From Mycobacterium leprae TN (GTDB taxonomy: Bacteria > Actinomycetota > Actinomycetes > Mycobacteriales > Mycobacteriaceae), in assembly GCF_000195855.1 (NCBI RefSeq), contig NC_002677.1:2610001-2642000 (forward strand): a stretch of 32,000 nt of DNA, given 5' to 3'. Made by a program: the position numbers and the translations under genes. The notes below the pieces were generated by a model, which was not told the origin of the DNA, ran no database searches, and saw only the letters and a program-made list of their open reading frames with translations. The stretch's first letter is position 1. Each line of letters opens with the position of its first letter. Positions 21,401 through 31,799 of the stretch are shown one piece after another.

Positions 21401-22370
21401 AGTAACTCCGTTTCAGCTGCAATCCATACTTGCGCCGGTGACGTCTACCGCGATCTTCCTTGGAGTCACCATCGACATTAGCGGCGAGGCAACTGTGCAC
21501 GACACGCTGTCTGAACGGTCCGGATTAATCTGCGTAATAGCTTCCGCGAAGCTACCAACCACTTATCACTGGTGACTCCGAATCTGTTCTGACGCCTGGA
21601 ATCGACTGTTTGGCGGCTCTAGGCCCACAGAACTGCATCCACTCGTCCAGAACTGGCCAGACTACAGCACACCTGCTCAGCGACATACGGAGACATGTTG
21701 TTTGACGTTCGTGCCGATACGATGGACGTATGTTTGGAGCTGGCCTGCCACGTAACTGAAAGTCAATGGCAAGTGTAGTCACCATTGTAGACAACGGTAC
21801 ACAGCTTCCAATTCTTGGACAAAATCTACCTGTTGTTTTTTGTCGACTGCACCGAAAACCCCTACGATGCAATCGTTATCAGCACCAGCGCGATCGGCGA
21901 AGAAGATCCCGACTTCGCCAGCTCATGCTACGTTAACGCGCAGAAGTTAAGTTCACGACATACGGTCGTGGGAGTCCCTGTCAGTCACCAATACAATAAC
22001 CGGTGATCTGCCGCAACAAGCTGGAAGACATCGAGCTCAACAATGACGTGAAGCCAATTCGCAGCTGACGCAGTAGGCTCACTTAGCCGAGCGGCTTCTT
22101 CGAACAACCGGTCAGTGTACCCGATAACGAGGCAAGCGTGCGAGAGTAAGGACAGCTCCATGGTCGGTCACCACGACGCCGGTGGGCTTGCGCTCGAATA
22201 GTTACAGAACCAACGTCTACTCCAGCCGTCGCACTCCCGGAGAAACCGGTGGCTGAGTCCACTCCCAAAGCGTCGGCAGCGCGACCAAAGTAGCATTTGC
22301 TCGGTGACGGCGCTAAAGTAGCGCAAATGCCTGATCAGGTTTACGGATCAAATGAACCTTTCCACGTCCA
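21360..22370 (+). pseudogene. DyP-type peroxidase pseudogene (Rv0799c-like, encapsulin cargo)
   Basis: The fragment QSILAPVTSTAIFLGVTIDISGEATVHDTLSERSGL is followed by a stop at 21575. Later fragments in other frames include ELHPLV, DLLFDVRADTMDVCLELA and FVDCTENPYDAIVISTSAIGEEDPDFASSCYVNAQK, which corresponds to the DyP GFVDGTENP region. Confidence 0.75.
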
Positions 22371-22376
22371 TTGCAG

Positions 22377-23262
22377 GCAATAATTGTGCTTCCTTAACCC
22401 TGCTTAAAAGCAGTTATATACATTGGCTATCACACTATAACCGGTTTAGCGAAATAGTCGCATAGCCAGATTCCGTGCTTGACCACCCCGTCACGACCAA
22501 AACCAAAATCTGTGTCGGTCGGTGACACGTACAGACGCAAGACATAGAGGTTGTTAGCCATGGATATATGCGAGATACCGCATAGGGCTAGACTGTCATA
22601 GCCTCGGTGGGACTCAGTTGGTCAACCGATCCCCAACACTTGATCGGTCTGATCTGCAAAGGCCTGATGACCGGTCTGATAGCGGCTACGGCGGCGGCAG
22701 TATTGGCGTACTGCCATACCCTAGTGCAGGGAGGGTCCAAGCCAACTCTGGTAAGCCCCGACGGAGCGTTGACTGCCCCTGGCTCGGTCGACGCGCTGCC
22801 ACACTGGCGCCCCTGTTATCAGACCCTGAATTAGGCACTTGACAGGCCAAGTGGCCACGCGATGACCGGGCGGCTCTTTGTGGACGCAAGACGAGCGGGC
22901 ACCGATACAGCCCACATCAACCACTAAGCTGCTGATCGCAGGCACTGCTCACGCTCGATCGCGATGCTCAGCTCTTCACACGTATCGTTATCCCCGCCCG
23001 AGTCAGCAGGCCAGGACTGATCATGTTAATCGGTGGAGGTGATTCCAGCCTTCTCGGCGGCACCACCTGATCAGCAAAGTTAGCTTGCCGACGCAGCACA
23101 CACCGGCAACCTAGCCCAGCGGGTTCGTCGCAGCGGCTTCACCCCCGACCTCGATACAGGTGGACACGTCGCAGTTCTCCAACGCCGAAATGGCTCCCAG
23201 CTGGGACCTCGCCGATATCGACGAGGTTACATCGCACCTAATCGAATTCAGTTATACTCGAT
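22377..23262 (+). pseudogene. cfp29: Encapsulin shell protein pseudogene (Cfp29 / Rv0798c-like)
   Basis: The fragments are collinear with Cfp29 as I remember it. SPTLDRSDLQRPDDRSDSG corresponds to VPFTLSRNEIDDVERGSKDSD. KTSGHRYSPHQPL corresponds to ETSDHGYPIREHL. LIGGGDSSLLGGT corresponds to LTTRGGDFDLQLGT. FSNAEMAPS corresponds to CYTAEASVALS. Many stops and frameshifts are present. Confidence 0.6.
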
Positions 23263-23263
23263 A

Positions 23264-23941
23264 GTGCACAGGCCCAACACTGCCACTGCTGACTTAGCTC
23301 GTTCCCACACGCTAGCACTGGATGCCTACCGCACACTCGCCGACGCAGTGGGACTAGACCCTGCTGGCTGTAGTCCTTACCGCGACGGTGACGGTAGGAC
23401 GCGATTAACTTCGTTGGTAGTCACCGCCCTTAATGGAACGGCTACGCACTCTAATGAACTAATGAACGCGTCCGATGGCTTGCTGGCTGAGGCAGTAAAT
23501 CGTGAGGTCACCGCAACGACACATCACCAGCAAAATTTTGCCAGCGCTGACAAGACCGTTCTCGAGACTGCTCTGAACTTCGGTACCGACTTCACCGACA
23601 CGTCTTTGCGTGGCACCAGTGGTTTGTCCACCAGAAACCGGCTCACCACCAAACACCCCTTGAGTCAGATGCTCAACATCGCCGCCAACTCAAATCACCG
23701 ACAGCTAAGCTGTCTAATCGACTTGCTGCCGGTCGTCAACCGCAGCGGCACACTCACGCCGGCTCGGATCCTAGCGCGATGCTTGCTACCTTCCAGACGT
23801 GGGATGGGGCGTGCATACAAAGATGTATCCCTAATATTGATATTTGGTTGGTTCAAGCAATTGGTTGAAGCCGCTACAGCATTGGTTAGACCTGTCGGTT
23901 ATACAGGCAGTCGGGGCGGCCGAGCCGTTTGCAATGGCTAA
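23264..23941 (+). CDS. Orphan 225-codon ORF of unknown family (possibly intact, possibly a relic)
   Basis: This is the longest uninterrupted ORF in the 21.4-26.0 kb decayed block, with a GTG start. It contains VTATTHHQQNFASADKTVLETAL, which recurs in degenerate form about 700 bp downstream. No family was recognised with confidence. Confidence 0.3.
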   Translation: MHRPNTATADLARSHTLALDAYRTLADAVGLDPAGCSPYRDGDGRTRLTSLVVTALNGTATHSNELMNASDGLLAEAVNREVTATTHHQQNFASADKTVLETALNFGTDFTDTSLRGTSGLSTRNRLTTKHPLSQMLNIAANSNHRQLSCLIDLLPVVNRSGTLTPARILARCLLPSRRGMGRAYKDVSLILIFGWFKQLVEAATALVRPVGYTGSRGGRAVCNG

Positions 23942-23990
23942 CCGATCTCTACTGAGACCCGTAAACAGACTTTGAGTCTCTGCGAGACCT

Positions 23991-24272
23991 ATGCCGATGC
24001 GCATAACACGATTATGTCTCCGCAGGAGATCGCTTACAACCGCACAGGATACAGTTTTTGGCAGTGAACAACGCACTTGGGCAACACACTACGAAGATCT
24101 CAGCATCCAACAGCAATACGGGCAGTCTTACATACAGAACGGTAAATCAATGGAGTTCCTATTTTATCACGTGTTTCAGGCGATCACTAAAATTCACTCC
24201 GTGGCAACAACAACCGATCACCAGCAAAACCGGGTCAGTCCAGCAGACACCATTTTGTACATATTATCGTGA
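23991..24272 (+). pseudogene. Decayed paralogue of the 23264-23941 ORF
   Basis: SVATTTDHQQNRVSPADTILYIL (24200-24268) parallels VTATTHHQQNFASADKTVLETAL (23508-23576). AVNNALGQHTT in an adjacent frame parallels VVTALNGTATH. The segment is split over two frames. Confidence 0.4.
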
Positions 24273-24497
24273 TCAACGAGTCGCCGTTATAATATTGGGC
24301 TGATACGATTTTCGATTACCCATGCGTCTCAACCATCAGAAACTTCTACGCATCGATGGACCTACCAGTAAGCGCTGCAAAGCATCACAAGCCCTCCGAT
24401 TGTGCGGTTTAGCAGCGGAATCGAAGTCACGGTGGAATCGATCCAAGCTTCCCATGAGCACTTCTTCAGCTGGCTGCCGACCGAAACACCCATCCTA

Positions 24498-24531
24498 GAT
24501 GGATGACACAAGACGATGGATGACACAAGAC
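24498..24531. repeat. Exact 17-bp tandem duplication
   Basis: GATGGATGACACAAGAC occurs twice back to back, at 24498-24514 and 24515-24531, followed by GA. Confidence 0.9.
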
Positions 24532-24573
24532 GAATCATGATAGGATTCAAAAAGTCTCAACCGCAACTCACTG

Positions 24574-25200
24574 ATGGCTGGTAACGCGCAGCACGGCGTG
24601 TCACAACCGATCGATGGGTACCTGTCCGGCTGCGGCGATAGTGGCCATGTGCAGCAGCTCGATGACTCCCGGGCAGACCGATGTGATGACGAGCAGATGG
24701 CCCGGATCGACATCGACCGCCATGCGCACTCAACTCGTGCATACGTTGGCTTCGATAACGACAGCGCCGATTTCTTCTACTACTACGTTCGCGACCTGCC
24801 CTATGACCTCCTCGCGTCGTTTCGGTACCTCGCCCAGGGCAATTGTCGCGCCAGCGACGTGATCGAGCATGATGTCACTTTTTGCATGGGTAAGGCAAGT
24901 TGGTTTGTCGTGCTGTCCCGCGCCGCAGAAGTTCCCGCCCGCATCGCGTTTCAGACGCTGCGCTCCCCGGATAAGAAGTTTCCTTCTCCGGAGATCAGGG
25001 CCCGTTTGGTGAGGTAATGTCCGGCCGCTGACGTGGCACTCGCTGAGCAAAGCTTATCTGGGCAAGAATTGATTGGGTGAAGCTGGACACCACCATTGAC
25101 GCACCAACCGCCGTTCACCTCGGCAAGCCATACCGGCAGGAATTCGACGAAGCCATCGATATTCCGACGGTCGACAGACCCATCGTGCGCTAGAACAACA
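24574..25200 (+). pseudogene. Transglutaminase-like cysteine protease pseudogene
   Basis: GNCRASDVIEHDVTFCMGKASWFVVLSRAAEVPARIAFQ resembles the C...lfvalaRalGiPAR core. After a frameshift, WHSLSKAYLGKNWLGEAGHH resembles HAWaEvyl..gW..fDpT. Confidence 0.4.
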
Positions 25201-25877
25201 GCTACGCTGACTACCCCGCAAAGTGGCGCAGTGGTATGAGTAGAGCCGCTCCCTCGAGCGTAGAGGCGTTAAAGCATAACACGATTAGTAGCTAATATAG
25301 CTGACGATGATTCACTATAAAAAAGAATACTAGCCACTCAAATTGATTGCACGCACCTCCGTGGTGTGAGTGCGCATCACTCAGCGAATTCTCGACAGAT
25401 TCTTCGATGCCCCTACCTCAACACCACAAAAATCAGCCAAAGCACCGACGTCAGCATAATTCCCATGAGTGAACTAGTGGGTAAGTAGCTGTCTGCTGAA
25501 CTGGTCGAGAATGACCTACACCCCCGCGGGCAGCAGTATGTCCGCGCCCAGAGCAATGGCGAATTCTTCTTTGTCGCCAATGCCCATGCCTGGCAGCTGC
25601 ATATGCAGCTTAAGGCCTCCCGCTAATCCAGCAACATATTCGCGACTCGAGTTGTCCCATATGCTTCTGTCCCGCAACTGACAGCGACCGACTAGCGCAT
25701 CTCGCCGATACGTGAAAAACCATAACCGCGAAGTCAATACAATCGTGCACGGAACCCCTGATCCACAGCACATTTGGTGTTGATGCGCGCGGCTCCCAAC
25801 GAATCCGATATCGCATCCGATTCGAGGACTTTGCTTCCTTCCTCGACCACGCCCTGGTGGCCGCTGTCGATCTGCTT

Positions 25878-25920
25878 GCTGTGTTTCCGACGGTTAGCAA
25901 GTTACCGTCGGAAACACAGC
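25878..25920. terminator. Perfect 16-bp hairpin about 85 nt downstream of purQ
   Basis: GCTGTGTTTCCGACGG (25878-25893) pairs with CCGTCGGAAACACAGC (25905-25920) around the 11-nt loop TTAGCAAGTTA. No U-tract is present on either strand. Confidence 0.5.
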
Positions 25921-26004
25921 CGCCGCTCCGCTACGCCAGTTTATTGTACCCCGGTTTCAGCGTTCTCCATTGTCGAATTACGCAATGCTGCTGATTTGTT
26001 CTAC

Positions 26005-26679
26005 TCAGGAAGCCAGCACGGAATCTAGAGCTGAATAGAATAGCCCGAGGCCGTCGTCGGAGGGGCCGGTCAACACTTCGATGGCATGCTCGGGATGCGG
26101 CATCATCCCGACGACCCTGCCATTAGCTGAGCTAATGCCCGCGATATCGCGCAGTGAGCCGTTGATGTTGTCGTGATAGCGGAACACCACCCGGCCCTCA
26201 CCATCTAACTCATCGAGCACGTTCTCGGATGCCACGTAACGTCCTTCGCCGGACTTCAACGATACCAACAGATCAGTCTCGGGCTCGAAACGCGATGTCC
26301 ACGCCGTCGAGGTCGATATCACCCGCAACCACACGTCGCGACAGATGAAATGCAACCCCACGTTGCGTATCAGGGCTCCCGGCAGCAGGCCCGCCTCACA
26401 GAGCACCTGAAAACCGTTGCAGATTCCCAATACCGGCATGCCGCGCTGCACGGCATCGACAACCTCAGTCATTATCGGGGATAATCTAGCGATCGCACCG
26501 GCCCGCAGGTAGTCACCATAGGAAAACCCGCCGGGTACCACCACAGCGTCGACACCCTTGAGGTCGGCGTCAGCATGCCACAGGCTGACCGCCTCGGCTC
26601 CGACATGGCGCGCCGCGCGTGCGGCATCCACGTCGTCAAGTGTCCCCGGAAAGGTGATAACACCGATCCGCGCGTTCAC
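26005..26679 (-). CDS. purQ: Phosphoribosylformylglycinamidine synthase glutaminase subunit PurQ
   Basis: The catalytic Cys context [12 protein letters not shown] and the His context GMMPHPEHA are present. Starting at GTG 26679 gives 224 aa and overlaps the purS stop as GTGA. The ORF is also open to TTG 26703. Confidence 0.92.
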   Translation of the reverse strand: MNARIGVITFPGTLDDVDAARAARHVGAEAVSLWHADADLKGVDAVVVPGGFSYGDYLRAGAIARLSPIMTEVVDAVQRGMPVLGICNGFQVLCEAGLLPGALIRNVGLHFICRDVWLRVISTSTAWTSRFEPETDLLVSLKSGEGRYVASENVLDELDGEGRVVFRYHDNINGSLRDIAGISSANGRVVGMMPHPEHAIEVLTGPSDDGLGLFYSALDSVLAS

Positions 26680-26915
26680 TGCGACTCCCGAGTTATCGTC
26701 CAATCCTCGATCACGGTGTTCGCCAACAGTGACTCCGCGATCATGGCAAGCTCGGAGTCATCAACTGTATCATCAATTTCTAGCTCAAACCTCTTGCCCT
26801 GACGGACATCTGATATTCCGGTATGACCAAGCCGTCCCAGTGCACCGGCAATCGCCTGACCCTGCGGGTCGAGAATTTCCGCTCTAAGCATTACATGCAC
26901 GACCGCGCGGGCCAC
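26676..26915 (-). CDS. purS: Phosphoribosylformylglycinamidine synthase subunit PurS
   Basis: This is a 79-aa ORF with [26 protein letters not shown] and a GTG start. Confidence 0.9.
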   Translation of the reverse strand: MARAVVHVMLRAEILDPQGQAIAGALGRLGHTGISDVRQGKRFELEIDDTVDDSELAMIAESLLANTVIEDWTITRESQ

Positions 26916-26920
26916 GGGCG

Positions 26921-26929
26921 CTCCTCCTC
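26921..26929 (-). promoter_or_regulatory. Shine-Dalgarno sequence of purS
   Basis: The minus strand reads GAGGAGGAG, then the 5-nt spacer CGCCC, then GTG at 26915. Confidence 0.6.
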
Positions 26930-27075
26930 AGATCGCACCAATCGACGCTAACTCTACCGACGAACCGTCCGGCCCTGACTGCGCGGGTAGCACCAGGGCA
27001 CCTGCCGCTATGCCACCAGTAATCAGGCTCACAACCAAGATCACCCGTATCGCCCCAACGTACACAATCGTTGAC

Positions 27076-27719
27076 ATGCAACCGAAGCATTTCAGACATT
27101 CCTGCCTAATTGCCTAGTTCGACCACACAGCCATACTCCAATTTAATAATTTATTTTCGATACATAATAGCACGTTTAGAGGGAATCACCGGACTGTCCG
27201 TGATCCTGATTACCCATCAATATCCCGACCACATTGATGTCACGCGGTTGCCGTCGCTGCTCGAGACCAACCCGGACGCGCTACTGTACGCAGACCAGAG
27301 GGCAACCGGGTGCACCGTGCCAGACTGTGCACGTCGGCGACGAGTTGTCGATCGGAGAATTGGCCTTTCGGGCCATCGGTGGACAGCACGCTGTGATCCA
27401 TCCAGACACCCTTGTAATATGAAGACATATTAATATCTGATCGGCAACGACAACCCTCCTGCCAGGTTGATACATCCCTATGACGCACTGTTCGTTACCG
27501 ACGAGCTGGTGGGTGTATTGACCAATCCGACCGGTGGTCACGTGGATGAAGATTTCCGAAGCGATTGACTATCGGCGGCCGGATAGCATCGGCATACGCA
27601 ACTCCCATCCACCAGGGGTAATCACTCCTGATGCGAAGGGCATCTACTACAGCCGGTTCACCTAGATGACCAGCACCGACTTTCCGGTGTTGCCCGAAGA
27701 ACACACAGTTACCTTCTAA
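27076..27719 (+). pseudogene. MBL-fold metal-dependent hydrolase pseudogene (Rv0786c-like by position)
   Basis: LSVILITHQYPDHID is a degraded HxHxDH motif. Other fragments are VHVGDELSIGELAFRAIGGQHAVIHPD, LIHPYDALFVTDELVGVLTNPTGG and the ending EEHTVTF-stop. Frameshifts and stops are present. Confidence 0.55.
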
Positions 27720-29253
27720 CCGTGGCTAAAGTAACGTAATAGGCTGCCCCGCAGTCAAAGGCCCGACCGAAGAAGATGCATTTCACCCAGGAGCGTTCCC
27801 TCCAAGGACTGGGTGAAATGCACGACGCCTGGCTGAACCCAGCCCTATCTCGCCTGGCCGCGTACAACCCGCTAAGCAGCGGTGCCATCGGCCGTCATTG
27901 CCATTGCTTTGAAGTCAGTATCAATGCCATCCAATGTCTTTCGAGCGAGGATGTGCAACTTGAACGCAATCATCGATCCTGCCTTTGGATCAACTAAACC
28001 TGTGCGGCGCTGTCACCCGGGTTCACCGGTCGTCTAGATAGCAGCGGGCAAAGCGAATCACGCGTAACATAACCATCTTTGTTGAACTTGCTCGCTACCT
28101 CACGGTCGCACGCGATCAACTTAAGGCTTTCACTGATCCGGGCAGGCCGTATCAGGATAGCAGCAACTCCGCTACATTTTTCCTGGTCAAACCAGGCTTC
28201 TGCTCCTAACAGGATAACACAAATTCCTTCTCAAGGACCTTGGCGTGCCATATGAAAAATGGTTAGGTGTAGCAAGATTGTATGACGTATTTCAAGGTGC
28301 CGAAAGTATCGAACGGGGATGCAACGGGACCGGCAACCGCTTGCTAGCTGTATCCAGTCACAACAGCTACGGGCCCGTACGGACCCGGATGCCGTGGCGC
28401 GGCCAGATCGAATCGTAGTTGGTGATGCTCTCGGTGTAATGCCACATTCGGTCCGGGTTAATCACCTGGGCACCAGCCTTCTGAGAAATACCGATCATCC
28501 TGCCGGCAACATGAGCCGTTGCCCTGCGTAGTATCTGCTCGGTGACACGCCCATCCGCTCAGGCCTTTGACGCACCAGCTCGTTGTTGCTATCGATGCCA
28601 CCACTGGTCACGATCACGACTGAAGAACAAATTCGATTTATTCCAAGGGTTTTTGTTATCGTGTAGCATCGCACTGCTGGGCCAAAGGCTCGAGAAACGA
28701 GCTCCGAACTCCAGTTACCTTGCCACCCTAGACGATTTGATCGTCGATCTGGTGATGGTGAGTTGCGCGCACCGTCGAACGGTCACACAGCTGACGCGCG
28801 AAAATCTCGACCAAAGCGGGCACGGTACCCCACGTCATATGGAAGCGTAGCACCGAGTTACCGTGCTCCTGTCCTTCATAGCAGCTGCGCTCAGCCTAAC
28901 CTACCATCGGAATAATTTTCAGGCCCCGAGGCCGAGGCCAACTGCGCTTTTCTCCGTCCGTGAAATCGACATAGGCATGTGCCCATTGCCAATAATCCTC
29001 GAGTCGATCAAAGGCCGCCGTCTCCAGCTAATCTTGGAGCTCAAGTTGTGGCTGTCGCGGATACACTGGTAGCGTTGCTCCGGGCTGTTGACGCAGAACG
29101 GGATGCCAAATGACCAGAATGCCTTATCCGCCTAGATTTGCACTGGTCTCCTGGTCCAGGACGAGCACCCATAGCCCGCTGTCCACCAGTTCGCAGACAG
29201 CTACTAGGCCAGTGAGTCCAGCGCCGACAACAATGGCTTCACCTAAGAATCAT
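27709..29253 (-). pseudogene. FAD-binding dehydrogenase pseudogene (Rv0785-like)
   Basis: Minus-strand fragments include the N-terminal dinucleotide fold AIVVGAGLTGLVA, VVIVTSGGIDSNNELVRQRPERMG, MWHYTESITNYDSIWPRHGIRVRTGP and GLYAARR. Many stops are present. It is convergent with the MBL remnant. Confidence 0.7.
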
Positions 29254-29327
29254 GCCGATTTAGCGGAAGAATCGCTCGCCAGTACAGGGTTAGTGACCTC
29301 TCCAATCAGACGGCATCGAGCACGACC

Positions 29328-30124
29328 TTATCGGACCGCCATTTGTATACCGTTGCCGTGCAACCGTTCATTGAAACCAAAAGACAGCGTCCAGCATCGC
29401 TTGTAGCGGCCCAGGCTTGCGCAGTTGACGATCAGCAACGACGACGCGCACGACCCCGTCGCGGCACGCGGTACACTCGGTGGACAGTACAACCATACGA
29501 CACCACCACGGCTCCGCCAAGAAGCCTTCTCCGATACCCAACACGCGGGCACAGACGGTTTTGTTCCGCGCCAAATCGGTGACTCGTTAAAATCAGTCAA
29601 CAACCAAAATGATTCCGCTACAACAACTTGCCTATAACTGGCGACACCACCCAGCCCAGTACCGCGAATAGCCGGGTACGGAGCCCAAAGTATTCGAGTA
29701 CCCGATCGTCGGCTACCAGCTGCAGGTGATCCTAGTGTGCACGCAGTATTGCAAACTCGCCACGCCGCTTCTTGGTTACCGCACCGTCGTAACCGTGCAG
29801 CACGAATAGCGTCGCAGCCGGATCGCCGAGCAATCAACCACTCGACGGTGTACGGATCGCGGTCGAGCCAGTAGTAACCCCTGAATCGGGGAGCAACCAG
29901 CACCAACAACGGGCATCCATCTGCGTGCAGAACGCATCGAAGTTGGCCAGGGTGTGTTCCCCGAGACCGACACGGTCAATTTTCCAGACACACTTGTAGT
30001 GTGCCGATCCGCCATGTCGGGACGATGAACTACACGCGGACAGCAAGCTTATATCCAACCCTGTTGCAGCGCAGGGTGTCGGCTTGGCGCAAGAAAGTTG
30101 AGCCGAGCATGAATTTCGGTCCAT
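29328..30124 (-). pseudogene. Remnant of an unidentified gene (Rv0784 position by synteny)
   Basis: Protein-like stretches are split across three minus-strand frames: HYKCVWKIDRVGLGEHTLANFDAF, PRFRGYYWLDRDPYTVEWLI and DGVVRVVVADRQLRKPGPLQAMLDAV. The family was not recognised. Confidence 0.3.
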
Positions 30125-30189
30125 CGACTAACCAAATTCATGTACAGCCAGCAAAATTCTACCAAACGTAAGTGCTGGCAACCGGTACC

Positions 30190-31795
30190 AAATAATGTTC
30201 AGCAACGCCATAGATAAGGCACATATTCCGCATCGTCCGACGCTTCGCAATCCGCCACCCCGCAAGCAGCTGAGGCCAGCAGCGGTCACTAGCCCGACAG
30301 TCTGGATGCCAGGCTCTTCCAGATCGCCGGTGTCTGTGTGCTTGCCTCGGTCATGGCGGTGCTGGATGTCACTCCTCAACATCGCGCAACGCGCTTTTAT
30401 CGTCCAGTGCGCGTCTAACCAAGCCATCGTCGCGTAGACCATGACCGGCTACACCCTGGCACTGGCAACCGTGATGCCAATCACCGAGTGGGAAGCTAAT
30501 CGATTCAGCACCAAACGACTTTTCATGGGTTCACTTGCAGCGTTAAAGCTGCGCTCGCTGCTGTATGAGGTGAAGCCAAAAAATACTCTTTATCATAAGA
30601 TTTCGCGCTTATCAGGGTATTGGCGATAGCATGCTGTTGCCGCTGGTACTTATTATGATGAACCGCGAAGCAGGATCAGCGCAGCTGGGCTACTTAATAA
30701 CGGTACTGGGCGTACCTATGTTGCTGGGCCCAATCGGTGAGCCGATCCTGGGTGGTTAGTTAATAGACGCCTACGGCTAGAAGTGCATCCTCCTGATCAA
30801 CATGCCAGTCGGGCTGTGTGCGTTCGCTCTCGCGACACTAGTGTTCGGAAAAGATTGTCCAGTTCCATCGGAGACACTCGACTGCGTCGGCTTGCTGCTG
30901 TCTCCCGACGTGGCGACATTCTTGTACGGGGTGTCGTCCATCCCGGGCCGCGGCACTGTGGCCGATCGCCATTTGCTGATATCGGTGGTCACCGACCTGG
31001 TGCTAATCATCGCTTTCGTCTTGCTCACCTAGTGCCGCGCCAATCACCCACTGATCGACCTGCGATTGTTCAGCAACCAGGTAGTCACCCGAGCCAATGT
31101 CACGATTCTTGTATTCGCTGTAGCATTTTCGACACAGGCCCGCTTCCTCCGCACTACTTCCAGCAAGCACTGCACCAAACGCCGATGGAATCGGGTGTGT
31201 ACATAATTCACCCAGAAATTTGGCGATGCTGACGATGCCATTTTCCGGACACTCAATGGATAAGCGGGTCCGGGCAAGAGCGTGTTGTTGGGCACAGTCT
31301 GATATGTTTTTTTGGACACGTTCGGTGTCGCCAAGCAGGCCGACGACCTCACGACACTGCTGGCCAGGCTGACAATCATGGGCCTGAGTTGTAGGCTGCA
31401 CAATAATACCGCTTGCGGATCGTCTGTGTAAGGCGTTGACCCCGCATCAGCTCGCCCGCGGAATGACGCTGAACAGCGTCAACTAGCAAGTGGGCTGCTC
31501 GATGGGAACCAGGCTCATGTCGGTAATGATGACCAGCAAATTAAATTAAAGCAAAATATCACCGCCGCAAGCAAGCTGCGTTCTCGCAGAATACAATACC
31601 GCCCAAAGCTGGATACCAATTGACCCGTAAGCAATTCCGATCCAAACCCTCACCCCAGACTTCGTTGGCAGTGTGCTGGAAAGTTTTTCCATATTCCTAT
31701 CCCACTGTGTTCGCCCTGGCGGTCGTCTCAGTGGCGACGACCATCATTCCGGCGGTCTTTCTACTGAAGAAGCCACCGGGCTAAACGGTAACGCT
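30190..31795 (+). pseudogene. emrB: EmrB/QacA-type (DHA2) MFS efflux pump pseudogene
   Basis: Fragments include VMAVLDVT..NIAQRA, TGYTLALATVMPITEWEANRFSTKRLFMGSLAAL, VPVGLCAFALATLVFGKD, LDCVGLLLSP and HPLIDLRLFSNQ. Numerous stops and frameshifts are present. Confidence 0.65.
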
Positions 31796-31799
31796 TACC

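Noticed and set aside
22440-22562. A minus-strand ORF begins MANNLY, like the N-terminus of encapsulin Cfp29 (MNNLY), which suggested a small inversion.
   Set aside because: Beyond the first six residues there is no similarity. The plus strand of the same interval is collinear with Cfp29 residues about 26-60 (RFSEIVA..SVLDHPVTT), so the match is coincidental.
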